Source: Coleofasciculus sp. B1-GNL1-01
GTDB taxonomy: Bacteria; Cyanobacteriota; Cyanobacteriia; Cyanobacteriales; Coleofasciculaceae
DNA length: 64,000 nt
Direction: 5' to 3' (one strand)
Assembly (NCBI GenBank): GCA_040220235.1
Contig: JAVJTO010000088.1
The notes beneath the pieces are model-generated. The model had not been told where the DNA came from, ran no database searches, and worked only from the letters and a program-made list of their open reading frames with translations. Positions 31,433 through 41,803 of this stretch are shown piece by piece (within the stretch, counting starts at the first letter, position 1; every line of letters starts with the position of its first letter). A program made the position numbers and the translations under genes.

Positions 31433-32770
31433 ATGTTGTGGGATGCATTTCTAGAACGAGTCGCGGATACTCATGATTTGTTTGCAGAAGATGAGCGACA
31501 AGCGTTCTTGGTTCGGTTTGATGAGCGAAATTTACCCCGTTCGGATATCCAGGTGGCACAGGATTTGAATATTAGTGAAGTGACGCTGCAACGGCGACTG
31601 GGGAAGGGGGTGTATACTCATTTGCTGAGGAGTTGTCCTCAGCTTAATACGGATAAAAAGGGAAAATTTAAGATAGTCCGAGATTGGTTAAAAAAAGGGT
31701 ATGTTCTCTGTCAAGGGAATGGCACCACGGGGATGAATAAAACGGCGGTAAGTTCACCCTCTCCAATCGCCAATTATCCTTATGTAGAACGCCCCCCAAT
31801 TGAATTGTGTTGCTATCAAAGTCTTTTTGCACCGGGCGCGTTACTTCGGATTAAGGCATCTCGGCAAATGGGAAAGACAGAGTTAATGGCAAGAGTTTTG
31901 AATTTGGCGAAACAACAAGGTTATCACCCAGTCTATTTAAATTTATGTCAACCGGAAGAATCGGTAGTCAAAAATCTGGATCAATTTTTGCGTTGGTTGT
32001 GTATGAGTGTCAGTCGTCAACTGCAAAAACCGCTGCAAATTCAGGAATATTGGGATGTGGATCTCAGTAGTAATGATAACTGCTCGGCTTATTTTCAGGA
32101 CTATTTATTAGAGCAAATTGATAGTCCCTTAGTTTTAGGCTTGGATACGGTTGATCGCCTCTTTCCTCATTTAGCGATCGCTCAAGACTTTTTTGGTATG
32201 CTACGGGCATGGCATGAGGATAGTAAAATTCTGGATAATTGGCAGAAACTGCGGTTAATTGTCTCTCATTCGACGGAAGCTTATATTCCCCTAGATATCA
32301 ATCACTCGCCGTTTAATGTGGGATTAACTGTTTCTTTGCCAGAATTTACCGCCGAACAAGTCACTGAGTTAGCCCAAAAGCATGGACAGGTATTCAATCA
32401 GGCTGATGTCAGTTTATTAATGAATCGGGTAGGCGGACATCCCGGCTTAATTAAAAAAGCGTTATTTGAACTCAAAACCTTACAGAATACGACTCTAACA
32501 CAGCTATTAAATGAAGCGGCGACAGATTCTGGTATTTATGGAAATTATTTACGCAAGATTTGGCTAGAATTGCAGGAAAATCCAGCATTAATTCCGGCGC
32601 TAAAAAAAGTAGTGGCTGCCAGCAATAGCGTAGAATTAGCGTCAAAACTTGCCTACCAGCTTGAAAGTCTGGGATTGGTAGATTTAAACGGAAATAGAGT
32701 AACAATCAGATGTGAGCTTTATCGTGACTATTTTGGCTCTCGCTTGGCGAATTTTGGGGAGGGTTTGTAA
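31433..32770 (+). CDS. HTH-like domain + AAA-like (AAA_35-type) NTPase
   Basis: DIQVAQDLNISEVTLQRRL HTH; YVERPP, ASRQMGKT, LGLDTVD, SPFNVG. Confidence 0.88.
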   Translation: MLWDAFLERVADTHDLFAEDERQAFLVRFDERNLPRSDIQVAQDLNISEVTLQRRLGKGVYTHLLRSCPQLNTDKKGKFKIVRDWLKKGYVLCQGNGTTGMNKTAVSSPSPIANYPYVERPPIELCCYQSLFAPGALLRIKASRQMGKTELMARVLNLAKQQGYHPVYLNLCQPEESVVKNLDQFLRWLCMSVSRQLQKPLQIQEYWDVDLSSNDNCSAYFQDYLLEQIDSPLVLGLDTVDRLFPHLAIAQDFFGMLRAWHEDSKILDNWQKLRLIVSHSTEAYIPLDINHSPFNVGLTVSLPEFTAEQVTELAQKHGQVFNQADVSLLMNRVGGHPGLIKKALFELKTLQNTTLTQLLNEAATDSGIYGNYLRKIWLELQENPALIPALKKVVAASNSVELASKLAYQLESLGLVDLNGNRVTIRCELYRDYFGSRLANFGEGL

Positions 32771-32880
32771 GCTGTCATGCATTTAAATTGGGTATTAGTA
32801 GCGAGCAAGATGCAAAGCCTGCGGCATGGCTTCGCTAAACCCACTACAAGGATTGCGCCATTATTGATATTAAGGTTTAA
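32770..32880. mobile_element. Truncated AGCTG-TIR MITE
   Basis: Same sequence as the other copies; lacks the right end; overlaps the stop codon of the preceding gene. Confidence 0.7.
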
Positions 32881-33036
32881 GCAACAGAGAATAATAACAA
32901 ATGACCAATGACACTTAAAATCCTAATCATCCTATCTTGATGAGAGAACTTTCCTTGTCTGTGTAATCAGTGTCAATAAGCTCTCACCTCCTACCCCTAT
33001 CTCCCCAATAAATCCGTGAAATCAGTGTTTTGACAA

Positions 33037-35526
33037 ATGACCAATGACTATCATGTAGGCGGAAGCTTACCACCAAATGCAACAAGCTATGTCATGCGTT
33101 CAGCAGATAAAGAACTCTATGAGGGATTAAAAGCCGGAGAATTTTGCTACGTGCTAAATTCCCGACAAATGGGCAAATCCAGCTTACGAGTAAACACCCA
33201 AAAACGCCTGGAAGCCGCAGGAATTGCCTGTGCGGTAGTTGATTTAACTCGAATTGGAAGTCAGGCGAATGAACAACAATGGTACAAGGGAATTGCTTAT
33301 CGTTTAGTCAGTGAATTACGACTGGCGAATCGCGTCAAATGGAAACTGTGGTGGGATGAACATGACTCCTTATCACCTGTACAGCGGTTGGGAGAATTTA
33401 TTGAAGCGGTTGTCCTAGACATTATCCCTCAAAATTTAGTCATTTTTATCGATGAAATCGACAGTACCCTAAATTTATCCTTCCCCACCGATGATTTCTT
33501 TGCCTTAATTCGATCCTACTATAATGGACGAGATACGAAGCAACGCTATCAGCGTTTAACCTTTGCCTTGTTAGGAGTAGCCAGCCCATCGGATTTAATC
33601 CAAGATAAAACGAAAACACCGTTTAATATTGGCAAAGCGATAGAATTACGGGGGTTTAAACTCAATGAAGCGCTGATTTTAACCAAAGGATTTGCAGGAA
33701 GGGTTAAGCATCCACGAAAAGTGCTGGAAGCGATATTATATTGGACAGGGGGTCAACCCTTTCTTACCCAAAAATTGTGTCATTTGGTACAACTGTCCTG
33801 TGACTCTCAGTTAGACAAAATTATCGACAAGGGAAGGTTGAGTCAAGTTATCGATTGCTGCGATAATTTTAGCCGTAAACCTCTAAGGATAAATCCGGCG
33901 AATTTCCCTAGATTAGGGGGTTTATCAAGAAGGCTTATGAGTAAAATTCGCCCCGACAACAATGAACGGGAATTCGTGAAACAAATCGTGCGATCGCAGA
34001 TTCTGCTAAACTGGGAATTCACCGATCATCCCGAACATCTGAGAACGATACGCGATCGCATCCTCCTTAGTCACCATGGTTCAATCCCCTTACTTCGCCT
34101 CTATCAGCAAATCCTACACCGAGGAGAAATTCCCACCGATGAGAGTCACACCCAACAGGAATTGCTACTCTCTGGATTAGTAGTTCAGCGTCAGGGTAAA
34201 CTCAGGGTTCATAACCCCATCTACAAATCCATCTTTAATCGCCAATGGGTCAAATCCCAACTTCCAGCACAAAATGAGCATTCTGTCAAGACCCCAGCTT
34301 GGACAATTCCGATCCTGAGTGGAGTTGTCAGCGTGGTGGTGATTGGCGTGCGATCGCTTGGCTTATTGCAAGGGTTAGAATTACAAGCCTTGGATGGATT
34401 AATCCGATTGCGCCCAACCGAAGCCTTAGACTCGCGCCTCTTGCTGGTGAAAATAACCGAAGCCGATATCAACCAATACCGCTATCCGTTATCCGATGAC
34501 ATTCTAGTCCAATTATTGCAGAAACTGGAATCAATGCAACCGCGAGTAATCGGCTTAGACATCTATCGAGATAACCCCATTCATTATCGCGATCGTACAG
34601 TAGAATCGTCCTTCGATTTACCCACCTATCTACGCCAAACCAATCAGGTGATTCATATCTGTAAAGTTAGCAGTGAAAGCGATCAAGGAACCGCCTCCTT
34701 CCCCAATCTTCCCTGGCAAAATCTCGGCTTTAGTAACGTATTAGTGGACAGCAACAACACCGAAACGGGTTCACTACGCCGCCAGTTATTATATCAAAAA
34801 GTCCCTTCAATTTCACCCTGTCCCACCCCCTACGCCCTCAACGTTCAACTCGCCTTTCGCTATTTAGCCGCCGAGAAAATTTTACCCAAATTTACCGCCA
34901 AAAACGGCAACTTACAGCTTAAGGATGTTATCTTTACCGATTTAAACCCCCGTGCTGGCGGATATCAACGCTATGATTCTAGAGGTCAACAAATCCTCCT
35001 CAACTACCGTGCGGTTCAACCCATCGCCCAATCCGTAACCTTAACCGAAGTTCTCCAAGGTAAAATTAATCCCCAATGGGTCAAGAATCGAGTAATATTA
35101 ATAGGCGTTACCGCCACCAGCATCAAAGATAGCTTCTCTACCCCCTACGGTGAAATGCGCGGCTTAGAAATTCAGGCGCATGGGGTGAGTCAGATACTCA
35201 GCGCGGTACTCGATCAACGTCCCTTAATTCAACCGGGGAATTTCTGGAGTGAAGTATTGTGGATTGGCGGATGTTCTTTCATCGGCGGACTATTGATTCA
35301 GTTAATCCCCAAACGCCCCTACCAAATCCTCGCCTTATGTACAGCATTAGTTTTATTATCAGGACTCAGTTTAATTCTATTAATTCACGGTTATTGGATA
35401 CCCCTAATCCCATCCGCGATCGCCTTAATGGTTTGTAGTAATGTTTGTAGTAATGTTTGTAGTAAGGGCTTTAGCCTTTTACCAGCCTCAAATCGTGACG
35501 ACACAAGTATAACAAAAAACAAATAA
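33037..35526 (+). CDS. AAA-like NTPase + TM + CHASE2 sensor
   Basis: [28 protein letters not shown]2 [23 protein letters not shown]; three C-terminal TMs. Confidence 0.9.
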   Translation: MTNDYHVGGSLPPNATSYVMRSADKELYEGLKAGEFCYVLNSRQMGKSSLRVNTQKRLEAAGIACAVVDLTRIGSQANEQQWYKGIAYRLVSELRLANRVKWKLWWDEHDSLSPVQRLGEFIEAVVLDIIPQNLVIFIDEIDSTLNLSFPTDDFFALIRSYYNGRDTKQRYQRLTFALLGVASPSDLIQDKTKTPFNIGKAIELRGFKLNEALILTKGFAGRVKHPRKVLEAILYWTGGQPFLTQKLCHLVQLSCDSQLDKIIDKGRLSQVIDCCDNFSRKPLRINPANFPRLGGLSRRLMSKIRPDNNEREFVKQIVRSQILLNWEFTDHPEHLRTIRDRILLSHHGSIPLLRLYQQILHRGEIPTDESHTQQELLLSGLVVQRQGKLRVHNPIYKSIFNRQWVKSQLPAQNEHSVKTPAWTIPILSGVVSVVVIGVRSLGLLQGLELQALDGLIRLRPTEALDSRLLLVKITEADINQYRYPLSDDILVQLLQKLESMQPRVIGLDIYRDNPIHYRDRTVESSFDLPTYLRQTNQVIHICKVSSESDQGTASFPNLPWQNLGFSNVLVDSNNTETGSLRRQLLYQKVPSISPCPTPYALNVQLAFRYLAAEKILPKFTAKNGNLQLKDVIFTDLNPRAGGYQRYDSRGQQILLNYRAVQPIAQSVTLTEVLQGKINPQWVKNRVILIGVTATSIKDSFSTPYGEMRGLEIQAHGVSQILSAVLDQRPLIQPGNFWSEVLWIGGCSFIGGLLIQLIPKRPYQILALCTALVLLSGLSLILLIHGYWIPLIPSAIALMVCSNVCSNVCSKGFSLLPASNRDDTSITKNK

Positions 35527-35542
35527 AAAGGACAAACAACAA

Positions 35543-36283
35543 ATGACAAACAAACTATTCAACCTTGCCATTATACCCCTTCTAATCATCGCCCAGAAAT
35601 CCCCCCTCGACGCCCTCATCTTCAATCAACCACCACCCCCACCGGATAAAGACACACCGGGACAACAAGCGGATTCAGGAACCCGTGGACCCTGTGACGC
35701 ACAGCCCTCCGCAACCGATAAGCAATTAGTCGCCTTTGTCCCCACCATAGAAAAAACCCGGAACAGCTTACCAGAAACTCATGTTTGGGGATTAACCCAG
35801 AGTCAACATCCAACATTTTGGTTTTATCTTCCCGCCACAGCAGCATCGGCTCAAGTCGCCCAATTTAGCCTCGAAAATGAAGCAGATTACCAATCCAACT
35901 TTCAATTCAATCTCCCCCAAACTCCCGGAATTATTAGCCTAGCCATCCCCACCAATGAACCCCCACTAGAACCCGGACAATGGTATTATTGGTCACTGAA
36001 ACTCTATTGTCAGACTCAACCCTCAACACCTAACTTTTTTGTTGATGGCTGGATTCAACGGGTACAAAATGACACACCCTTTAACAGTGATACGCCCCAA
36101 GATAAAATAGTCATTTATGCTCAAAACGGTTTATGGTTTGACACCATCACCGAACTAGCCAACCTGCACCGCCAAACACCCCAAGAAACGGAGCCAGCCT
36201 GGGCAGATTTACTAGAATATATCGGTTGGGAATCCCTTGCTGAAAAGCCAATTCTACCCTGCTGCACCCTAGAAAAACAGTAG
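35543..36283 (+). CDS. DUF928 domain secreted protein
   Basis: GTRGPC, GLTQSQHPTFWFYLP, YAQNGLWFD, WADLLEYIG. Confidence 0.9.
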   Translation: MTNKLFNLAIIPLLIIAQKSPLDALIFNQPPPPPDKDTPGQQADSGTRGPCDAQPSATDKQLVAFVPTIEKTRNSLPETHVWGLTQSQHPTFWFYLPATAASAQVAQFSLENEADYQSNFQFNLPQTPGIISLAIPTNEPPLEPGQWYYWSLKLYCQTQPSTPNFFVDGWIQRVQNDTPFNSDTPQDKIVIYAQNGLWFDTITELANLHRQTPQETEPAWADLLEYIGWESLAEKPILPCCTLEKQ

Positions 36284-36405
36284 AAAAACTCCTCACATCT
36301 GACAACGACAAACCCTCTCTGCGTACCTCTGCGTAAAAAAAACATAATCATAATATCAATAACTAGGAGAGTAGAAGTTCAGGGAGGTAATGAGTATTGT
36401 CAGGT

Positions 36406-36762
36406 TCAAATGGGTAAGTAAATAATTTGGTCTTGATATTCGTCATCTAAAGCTCCTTCAGCAATAAGTATTAGTTCATTGATTGTTTCACCAATACCCA
36501 TATCAGGGTTTAAAATAAAAATTCCTGGTACGTGGCGACCTTGACTGAGGTGATCAGCTAAATGCACGGGCATTGAAGTACGATTATTAGTAACTAGAAT
36601 AAAGTTATGCTCTTCACACCAAATTAGGATTTCTGGATCTAATGTGCTTTTCACCGGAGTAGAGGGTTCTCCAACTGCCCGGATCACCAACTTTGGTTCT
36701 CGTCGTCGCAGTTGATTAATATAGATTGGATTCATATTTTCATCCATTAGATACTTGAGCAT
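36406..36762 (-). CDS. DUF5615 PIN-like toxin
   Basis: LKYLMDEN, DPEILIWC, ILVTNN, HVPGI; downstream of a DUF433 gene. Confidence 0.85.
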   Translation of the reverse strand: MLKYLMDENMNPIYINQLRRREPKLVIRAVGEPSTPVKSTLDPEILIWCEEHNFILVTNNRTSMPVHLADHLSQGRHVPGIFILNPDMGIGETINELILIAEGALDDEYQDQIIYLPI

Positions 36763-36769
36763 TATTTCT

Positions 36770-37093
36770 CTAATTTATTGCCTCGCTTTCCGCCTTTAAT
36801 TGCATGAGTTTTCTCACGACAGGTGATGGATTACGTCGTTGCTCTTGCCGCATTTTTTGCCCCCACTCTAACCAATCTTCTATATAGTTACTAACTGTTT
36901 CTTGATTATGCAGATAATAAAGAATTGTGGCATAAACTTGTTCTAGGGAAAGAGTAGTATAAATTTTGGCAATTTCTTCTGGAGTACGAGCGCGATAAAT
37001 GTACTCATACAAGATTGTCTCAATTCCGATCCGCGAACCTTTAAGCCTTATGTCATTGGGAGCGAGAATATTAAAATAGTCTTCGAGTTGCAT
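36770..37093 (-). CDS. DUF433 antitoxin
   Basis: IRLKGSRIGIETIL, TPEEIA, LSLEQVYATILYY. Confidence 0.87.
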   Translation of the reverse strand: MQLEDYFNILAPNDIRLKGSRIGIETILYEYIYRARTPEEIAKIYTTLSLEQVYATILYYLHNQETVSNYIEDWLEWGQKMRQEQRRNPSPVVRKLMQLKAESEAIN

Positions 37094-37300
37094 ATTGGGC
37101 TACCCGCTATTCAAAGTTAAAACGCAAAATGTAGTATTACTATACCATTTTATCCTCTTATAGCGCTACGTGCTAGAGAATAGGCAATAGCCAATAGTGA
37201 TTATAGGGCATGGCAATGCCATGCCCCTACCAAAGGGTAGAGATCATTAATTTGATTAGGTAGGGACACGATACTATCATGCCCTCATCTAGCGATAAAT

Positions 37301-40300
37301 TCATCCTGGAAACAGCGAAAGCCAATTGCCAATTAAAACAAAAGGTGCCCAATAATAGGGATGTTTATAATTCGCATTGGTTAAAAACGCCTTCTGAACT
37401 TGTTGTATCGCTTCCGCTTTGCTCATCGGTTCCGTGGAATTAGTTAACTGTTGATAAAGCAACTGAATAAAAGCAGTCGTTGATTGATCATTCACTTCCC
37501 ATAACGTCGCAATCGTACTCCGCGCCCCAGCCCGAACCGCTATTCCCGCCAGCCCTAATGTCGCCCGATTATCCCCATTAGCGGTTTGACAAGCACTCAA
37601 CACTAACAGTTCAATCGGATCAGGTAAACTTTCCTCGCGACTTTTGAGATAATGACTTAATTCATTCACCTGAATTCGTTTATCCCATGCCAAAATAAAG
37701 GTTTCATTGGGATTAGAACTAAATTGTCCGTGGGTGGCAAAATGAACAATAGAAAAGGGGCGAGCGTTGATTTGATTTTGCAGGGCTTGACTGGTAAATG
37801 CATCATTGAGTAGCGTTACATCTGACGGAATTTGTGATAGTTCGGCTTCAACATTGGCGAGGGATTGAAAGCTTTTATGAGGGGCAAAACCGGAGCGCAC
37901 CTGAGAGAGTCCAAAAGCCAGCGTCTGTAAGGGGTACTGGGAGAGGGGTACAGGGGCGAGTAATTGGGGTTCTCGATTTAGCGCGATCGCATATTTTTCA
38001 ATTAGGTACTGGTTCCCATCCCAAAGCACTGCCATGGGAATGGTTTGTAAGGCACCATCAAGGACAAAAACCAAGGTGTTTATCCTATTCGCTTTAAGCT
38101 GGGATTCAAAGGGAGCAATTAACCAATTATAGATGGGTTGCGAGGTATTTTGAATCGCTTGACTATAGCGAGAAGTCCGTTGGGGATTGGTAAGTTGAGT
38201 GCGGAGTTGATCAACTCTTTCTTCCACCTGACGGGGGGAAAGTTTGACGCGATGGTGTTGTAAAGTTGCACCCGCCAAAATTTCAGTGGGATTCGATTTA
38301 GAATGACTGGGGTTAATTTTCGATCGCCATGGTGTAGAGACGTTGCATGCAACGTCTCTACAGTGTTGACAGTTGTCGTCGTTAATTTTGTTACATTCCG
38401 AGGGTTGAGGTAATTTAAGGATAACCTCTAATCGATTATCTAAAAGAATGGTATAAATAACCGCCGTATTCGGGGCATGTTCATCAACAATTTGGTCAAT
38501 CAAAGCCGGATCTGATGATGCACAGGCTTCTTGTAAGTAGTTCTCTAATTCCGCTAATTGCAGTTGAGCTAAAACCTCTCTGGCTTGGATTAAATTTTGC
38601 GGAGATGGCGTTTCATCTCGCAAAAGCAAATCAATTAATTCTCGATAAATCGGCTCAACTTCATCGCGAAATGAAAAGCGAACATCAGGATTGAGAGTGG
38701 CTAAATCTTGGCGAATCGTATTGAGTGTATTGACCGCCGCTTGATAAGCCGCGATCGCGGAGCGTGTTCTTTCAGAACGTATCGCGCCCAATTCTCCTTC
38801 AATGTTTCCCTGGGCTTTCCGCAAGCGTCCCAGTTGCCATTGCCATTGATAAGCAATATCCCACGCCTGAATCGATTGGCTAATTTGAATCGCTTGATTA
38901 GTTAATTCCTGGGCATTGTCCAGGTTCTGAGTGGATTCATAGAGTTTACCACTAATCCCCGTCACATAAGCCTCACTGCGCCGATCCTCTACATCCTGGG
39001 TTTGTTGAATAATTTGTTGATTTTTGTCAAAGGTTGCGGTTAATAAACCCTCCAATCTTGTCCAAATGCTATGGCGATAAATGGTGGGAACCTGTACCTG
39101 GTTTTGGTTAACCGTTTCCTTAATTTGGTTTAAAGTAACCAGCAGTTGAGCAAACTGAATTTGGCAATCAATAGCGGTGTGATTAGGAGGTAATGTAGTG
39201 ATCTTGGCTTGAACTTGGGTTAAATTCGGCAGTTGCGGTACAAGTTTTTCCTGCCACCAGGTTTGAGCATTTGACCAGTGACGTTGCTTAAGTAACCAGT
39301 GTTGGGTATTGAATAAAACACTCAGGTAATTTAGCTGAGATTGGAGCGTAATTAGGGACGAATTAGATAGAGTTATTGCCTGTTGATAATAATCGCCAGC
39401 TTGAGCCACAGCATCCAGAACAGGTTGAATGTTCTGGAGAGAGGGGCGAGTTCTTTCGTAGAGACTGCGCTGGTGATGATAAGTATCCTTCGCCCAGTTT
39501 CCCAACTGGAAATACGCTTCAGCCATCGCTTCTGTATTGTCCAAGCTTTGCGCCAGAGTCAAACTTTTATCTAATAAGTATTTAGATTGCTCTAAGTTAG
39601 TTAAAGTATTGAACTGGAAAGATTGTTTTAAAGATAACCAATTGGGATCAGACAGATTAGAATTACCCACAACCCGCACCAATTCTCCTAAACGAGACCA
39701 AGCCGTAAATTTAAGCAAAGAATCCGGTTGGCGTTGCAGACGTATAGTTGCCAGAGTTAACGTTTTAAATGCCTCCCGTAACTGTCCTAGACTTTGTTGA
39801 GCTTGAGCTTGATTAATCAAGCTACCAATACTTCCGGTTTCATCTCCCAAGCGGGTGTAGAGGCGATGTACCTTTTCCCAAGTTTGTCGAGCATCAGCCG
39901 CATTTCCCAGAGCGAGTTGCAAATGTCCTTGATTATTAAGAACTTGAGCCAAAATTAAAGATTTATCCGGAGAATCAGGAAGAGATTGGAGTTGGTTAAA
40001 ACTGAGTGCGATCGCGTCTTTCGCCTCTTGCCATTTTCCCAATTCTTGGAAACCCAAAGCCAGATAACTTAAGACTCGCGCTTGTTGAAGTTGATTCCCT
40101 TCATCAGCCAATAGAGATACCGCATCTTGCCAGAGACTTACCGCCTCGATAAATTGTCCATTTTGATAATACCCTTGACCTTGTTCAATCAAAGTCTTGC
40201 TATCAACAATAGGACTTTGGCTAAGAATTCGCGGAGGTTCGGTACTAAGTACCGATTGACCAATGAGATAAGGTTGACCCAAGCCAATCAACAGAGTCAA

Positions 40301-40348
40301 ACAGAAACCAATCAGACCATATTTAAAGAATAAATTCATAAGAGTCAT
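37301..40348 (-). CDS. Secreted TPR + CHAT (caspase-like) protein
   Basis: Signal peptide, TPRs, HFATHG, LVLSAC, HPYYWAPFVLIGNW. Confidence 0.93.
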   Translation of the reverse strand: MTLMNLFFKYGLIGFCLTLLIGLGQPYLIGQSVLSTEPPRILSQSPIVDSKTLIEQGQGYYQNGQFIEAVSLWQDAVSLLADEGNQLQQARVLSYLALGFQELGKWQEAKDAIALSFNQLQSLPDSPDKSLILAQVLNNQGHLQLALGNAADARQTWEKVHRLYTRLGDETGSIGSLINQAQAQQSLGQLREAFKTLTLATIRLQRQPDSLLKFTAWSRLGELVRVVGNSNLSDPNWLSLKQSFQFNTLTNLEQSKYLLDKSLTLAQSLDNTEAMAEAYFQLGNWAKDTYHHQRSLYERTRPSLQNIQPVLDAVAQAGDYYQQAITLSNSSLITLQSQLNYLSVLFNTQHWLLKQRHWSNAQTWWQEKLVPQLPNLTQVQAKITTLPPNHTAIDCQIQFAQLLVTLNQIKETVNQNQVQVPTIYRHSIWTRLEGLLTATFDKNQQIIQQTQDVEDRRSEAYVTGISGKLYESTQNLDNAQELTNQAIQISQSIQAWDIAYQWQWQLGRLRKAQGNIEGELGAIRSERTRSAIAAYQAAVNTLNTIRQDLATLNPDVRFSFRDEVEPIYRELIDLLLRDETPSPQNLIQAREVLAQLQLAELENYLQEACASSDPALIDQIVDEHAPNTAVIYTILLDNRLEVILKLPQPSECNKINDDNCQHCRDVACNVSTPWRSKINPSHSKSNPTEILAGATLQHHRVKLSPRQVEERVDQLRTQLTNPQRTSRYSQAIQNTSQPIYNWLIAPFESQLKANRINTLVFVLDGALQTIPMAVLWDGNQYLIEKYAIALNREPQLLAPVPLSQYPLQTLAFGLSQVRSGFAPHKSFQSLANVEAELSQIPSDVTLLNDAFTSQALQNQINARPFSIVHFATHGQFSSNPNETFILAWDKRIQVNELSHYLKSREESLPDPIELLVLSACQTANGDNRATLGLAGIAVRAGARSTIATLWEVNDQSTTAFIQLLYQQLTNSTEPMSKAEAIQQVQKAFLTNANYKHPYYWAPFVLIGNWLSLFPG
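38333..38362. repeat. Perfect 30-bp REP-like palindrome inside the CHAT coding sequence
   Basis: TGTAGAGACGTTGCATGCAACGTCTCTACA; relatives are intergenic at ~29970 and ~46755. Confidence 0.85.
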
Positions 40349-40466
40349 TCAACCTTGTTCGTAATTGCGCTTGTAATTGCGCTTGTAGTTGCGCTTGTAG
40401 TTGCGCTTTAGCGCCAGTTCATCGTCACGCTTTCCCCCCAATAGCGACAGAACAAGAAATAGCTTA

Positions 40467-40794
40467 AGCTGTAATGCATTTAAATTGGGTATTAGTAGCA
40501 AGTGGGTATTAGTAGCAAGTGGGTATTAGTCGCAAGTGGGTATTAGTCGCAAGTGAGTATTAGTAGTGAGTGAGTATTAGTCGCAAGTGGGTATTAGTCG
40601 CAAGTGAGTATTAGTAGTGAGTGGGTATTAGTCGCAAGTGAGTATTAGTAGTGAGTGAGTATTAGTCGCAAGTGGGTATTAGTCGCAAGTGAGTATTAGT
40701 AGCGAGCAAGATGCAAAGCCTGCGGCATGGCTTCGCTTAACGCACTACAAGGATTGCGCCATTAATGATATTAAGGTTTAAATGCCGAACAGCT
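40467..40794. mobile_element. AGCTG-TIR MITE with internal 17-bp tandem expansion
   Basis: TA|AGCTGTAATGCATTTAAA...TTTAAATGCCGAACAGCT|TA; ~13 units like GTATTAGTCGCAAGTGG. Confidence 0.85.
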
Positions 40795-40901
40795 TACCAC
40801 CAACAAATATAGAATGGCGATCGCAGAACTCCTCTCTCTACTCTACACATAACATAATATGATAAAATCACAAAAGTATTCTTCTTGCCCAAAACTAAAA
40901 T

Positions 40902-41177
40902 ATGCGGCTTCAACCCATAAGCACAGAACATATTGCCATCGATCCTGACTATTGCTGCGGTAAACCTCGCATTGCTGGTACAAGAATGCCAGTAGCTACT
41001 ATTACCAAACTCTATCTAGAGATGGGAGAATCCCTAGAAGATATTGCTCAGGAGTATGATTTACCCTTAGCATCCGTTTATGCTGCTATTGCGTATTATT
41101 ACGATCATCGGGAAGAAATTGACCGTCATACAGCCGAAAGTGAAGCTTATGTTGCACAAATGAAGCGTAATAAGTAG
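40902..41177 (+). CDS. DUF433 protein without an adjacent PIN partner
   Basis: IAIDPDYCCGKPRIAGTRMPV, VYAAIAYY. Confidence 0.85.
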   Translation: MRLQPISTEHIAIDPDYCCGKPRIAGTRMPVATITKLYLEMGESLEDIAQEYDLPLASVYAAIAYYYDHREEIDRHTAESEAYVAQMKRNK

Positions 41178-41298
41178 GTGGGGACAATTAAAGTTAACGG
41201 TGGAGATCGTCATTCGTCATTCGTCATTTAAGTTCGCGATCGCTGATGCGACTGTTATAATTTATACAGATTCCCAATTGTTAAGGCTTGAGCAATTT

Positions 41299-41688
41299 AT
41301 GGAAACAATAAAAATATCGTCTCAAGGTCAAGTGATACTTCCTAAGTCTCTGCGAGATGCTCATCACTGGGAAGCCGGACTTGAATTAATCGCCATTGAA
41401 ATGGGAGATGGGATTCTTTTGAAACCGAGGAAACCTTTTCCAGAAACAACATTAGATGAAGTCGCAGGCTGTTTAAAGTATAATGGAACGCCTAAAAGTC
41501 TTGAGGACATAGATGAAGCAATTCGCCAAGGTATAAGCTGTTCGGCATTTAAACCTTAATGTCAATCATCATGAAATCCTTGTAGTGCGTTTAGCGAAGC
41601 CATGCCGCAGGCTTTGCATCTTGCTCGCTACTAATACCCAATTTAAATGCATGACAGCTTAGAGGAATTATGGCATGATCGCGATTGA
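41299..41688 (+). pseudogene. AbrB/MazE-family antitoxin with MITE insertion near its 3' end
   Basis: KISSQGQVILPKSLRD; removing the element restores ...IRQGIEELWHDRD*. Confidence 0.8.
41536..41659. mobile_element. AGCTG-TIR MITE (inverted orientation) with TA duplication
   Basis: TA|AGCTGTTCGGCATTTAAA...TTTAAATGCATGACAGCT|TA. Confidence 0.88.
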
Positions 41689-41720
41689 TACGAATGTTAT
41701 TGATGCTTTGCTTTTATTGC
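41675..41720 (+). pseudogene. VapC (PIN) toxin 5' remnant
   Basis: MIAIDTNV start overlapping the antitoxin's original stop; followed by repeat DNA. Confidence 0.65.
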
Positions 41721-41803
41721 ACGGAAGGGAGATAATTCAAAGCCTCTCTCCTCGCAGGAGAGAGGTTTGGAGAGAGGTTTTCCAGATCCCGACTAAAAGT
41801 AAG

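Noticed and set aside
40487..40705. CRISPR-like repeats
   Set aside because: Spacer-less 17-bp VNTR inside a MITE.
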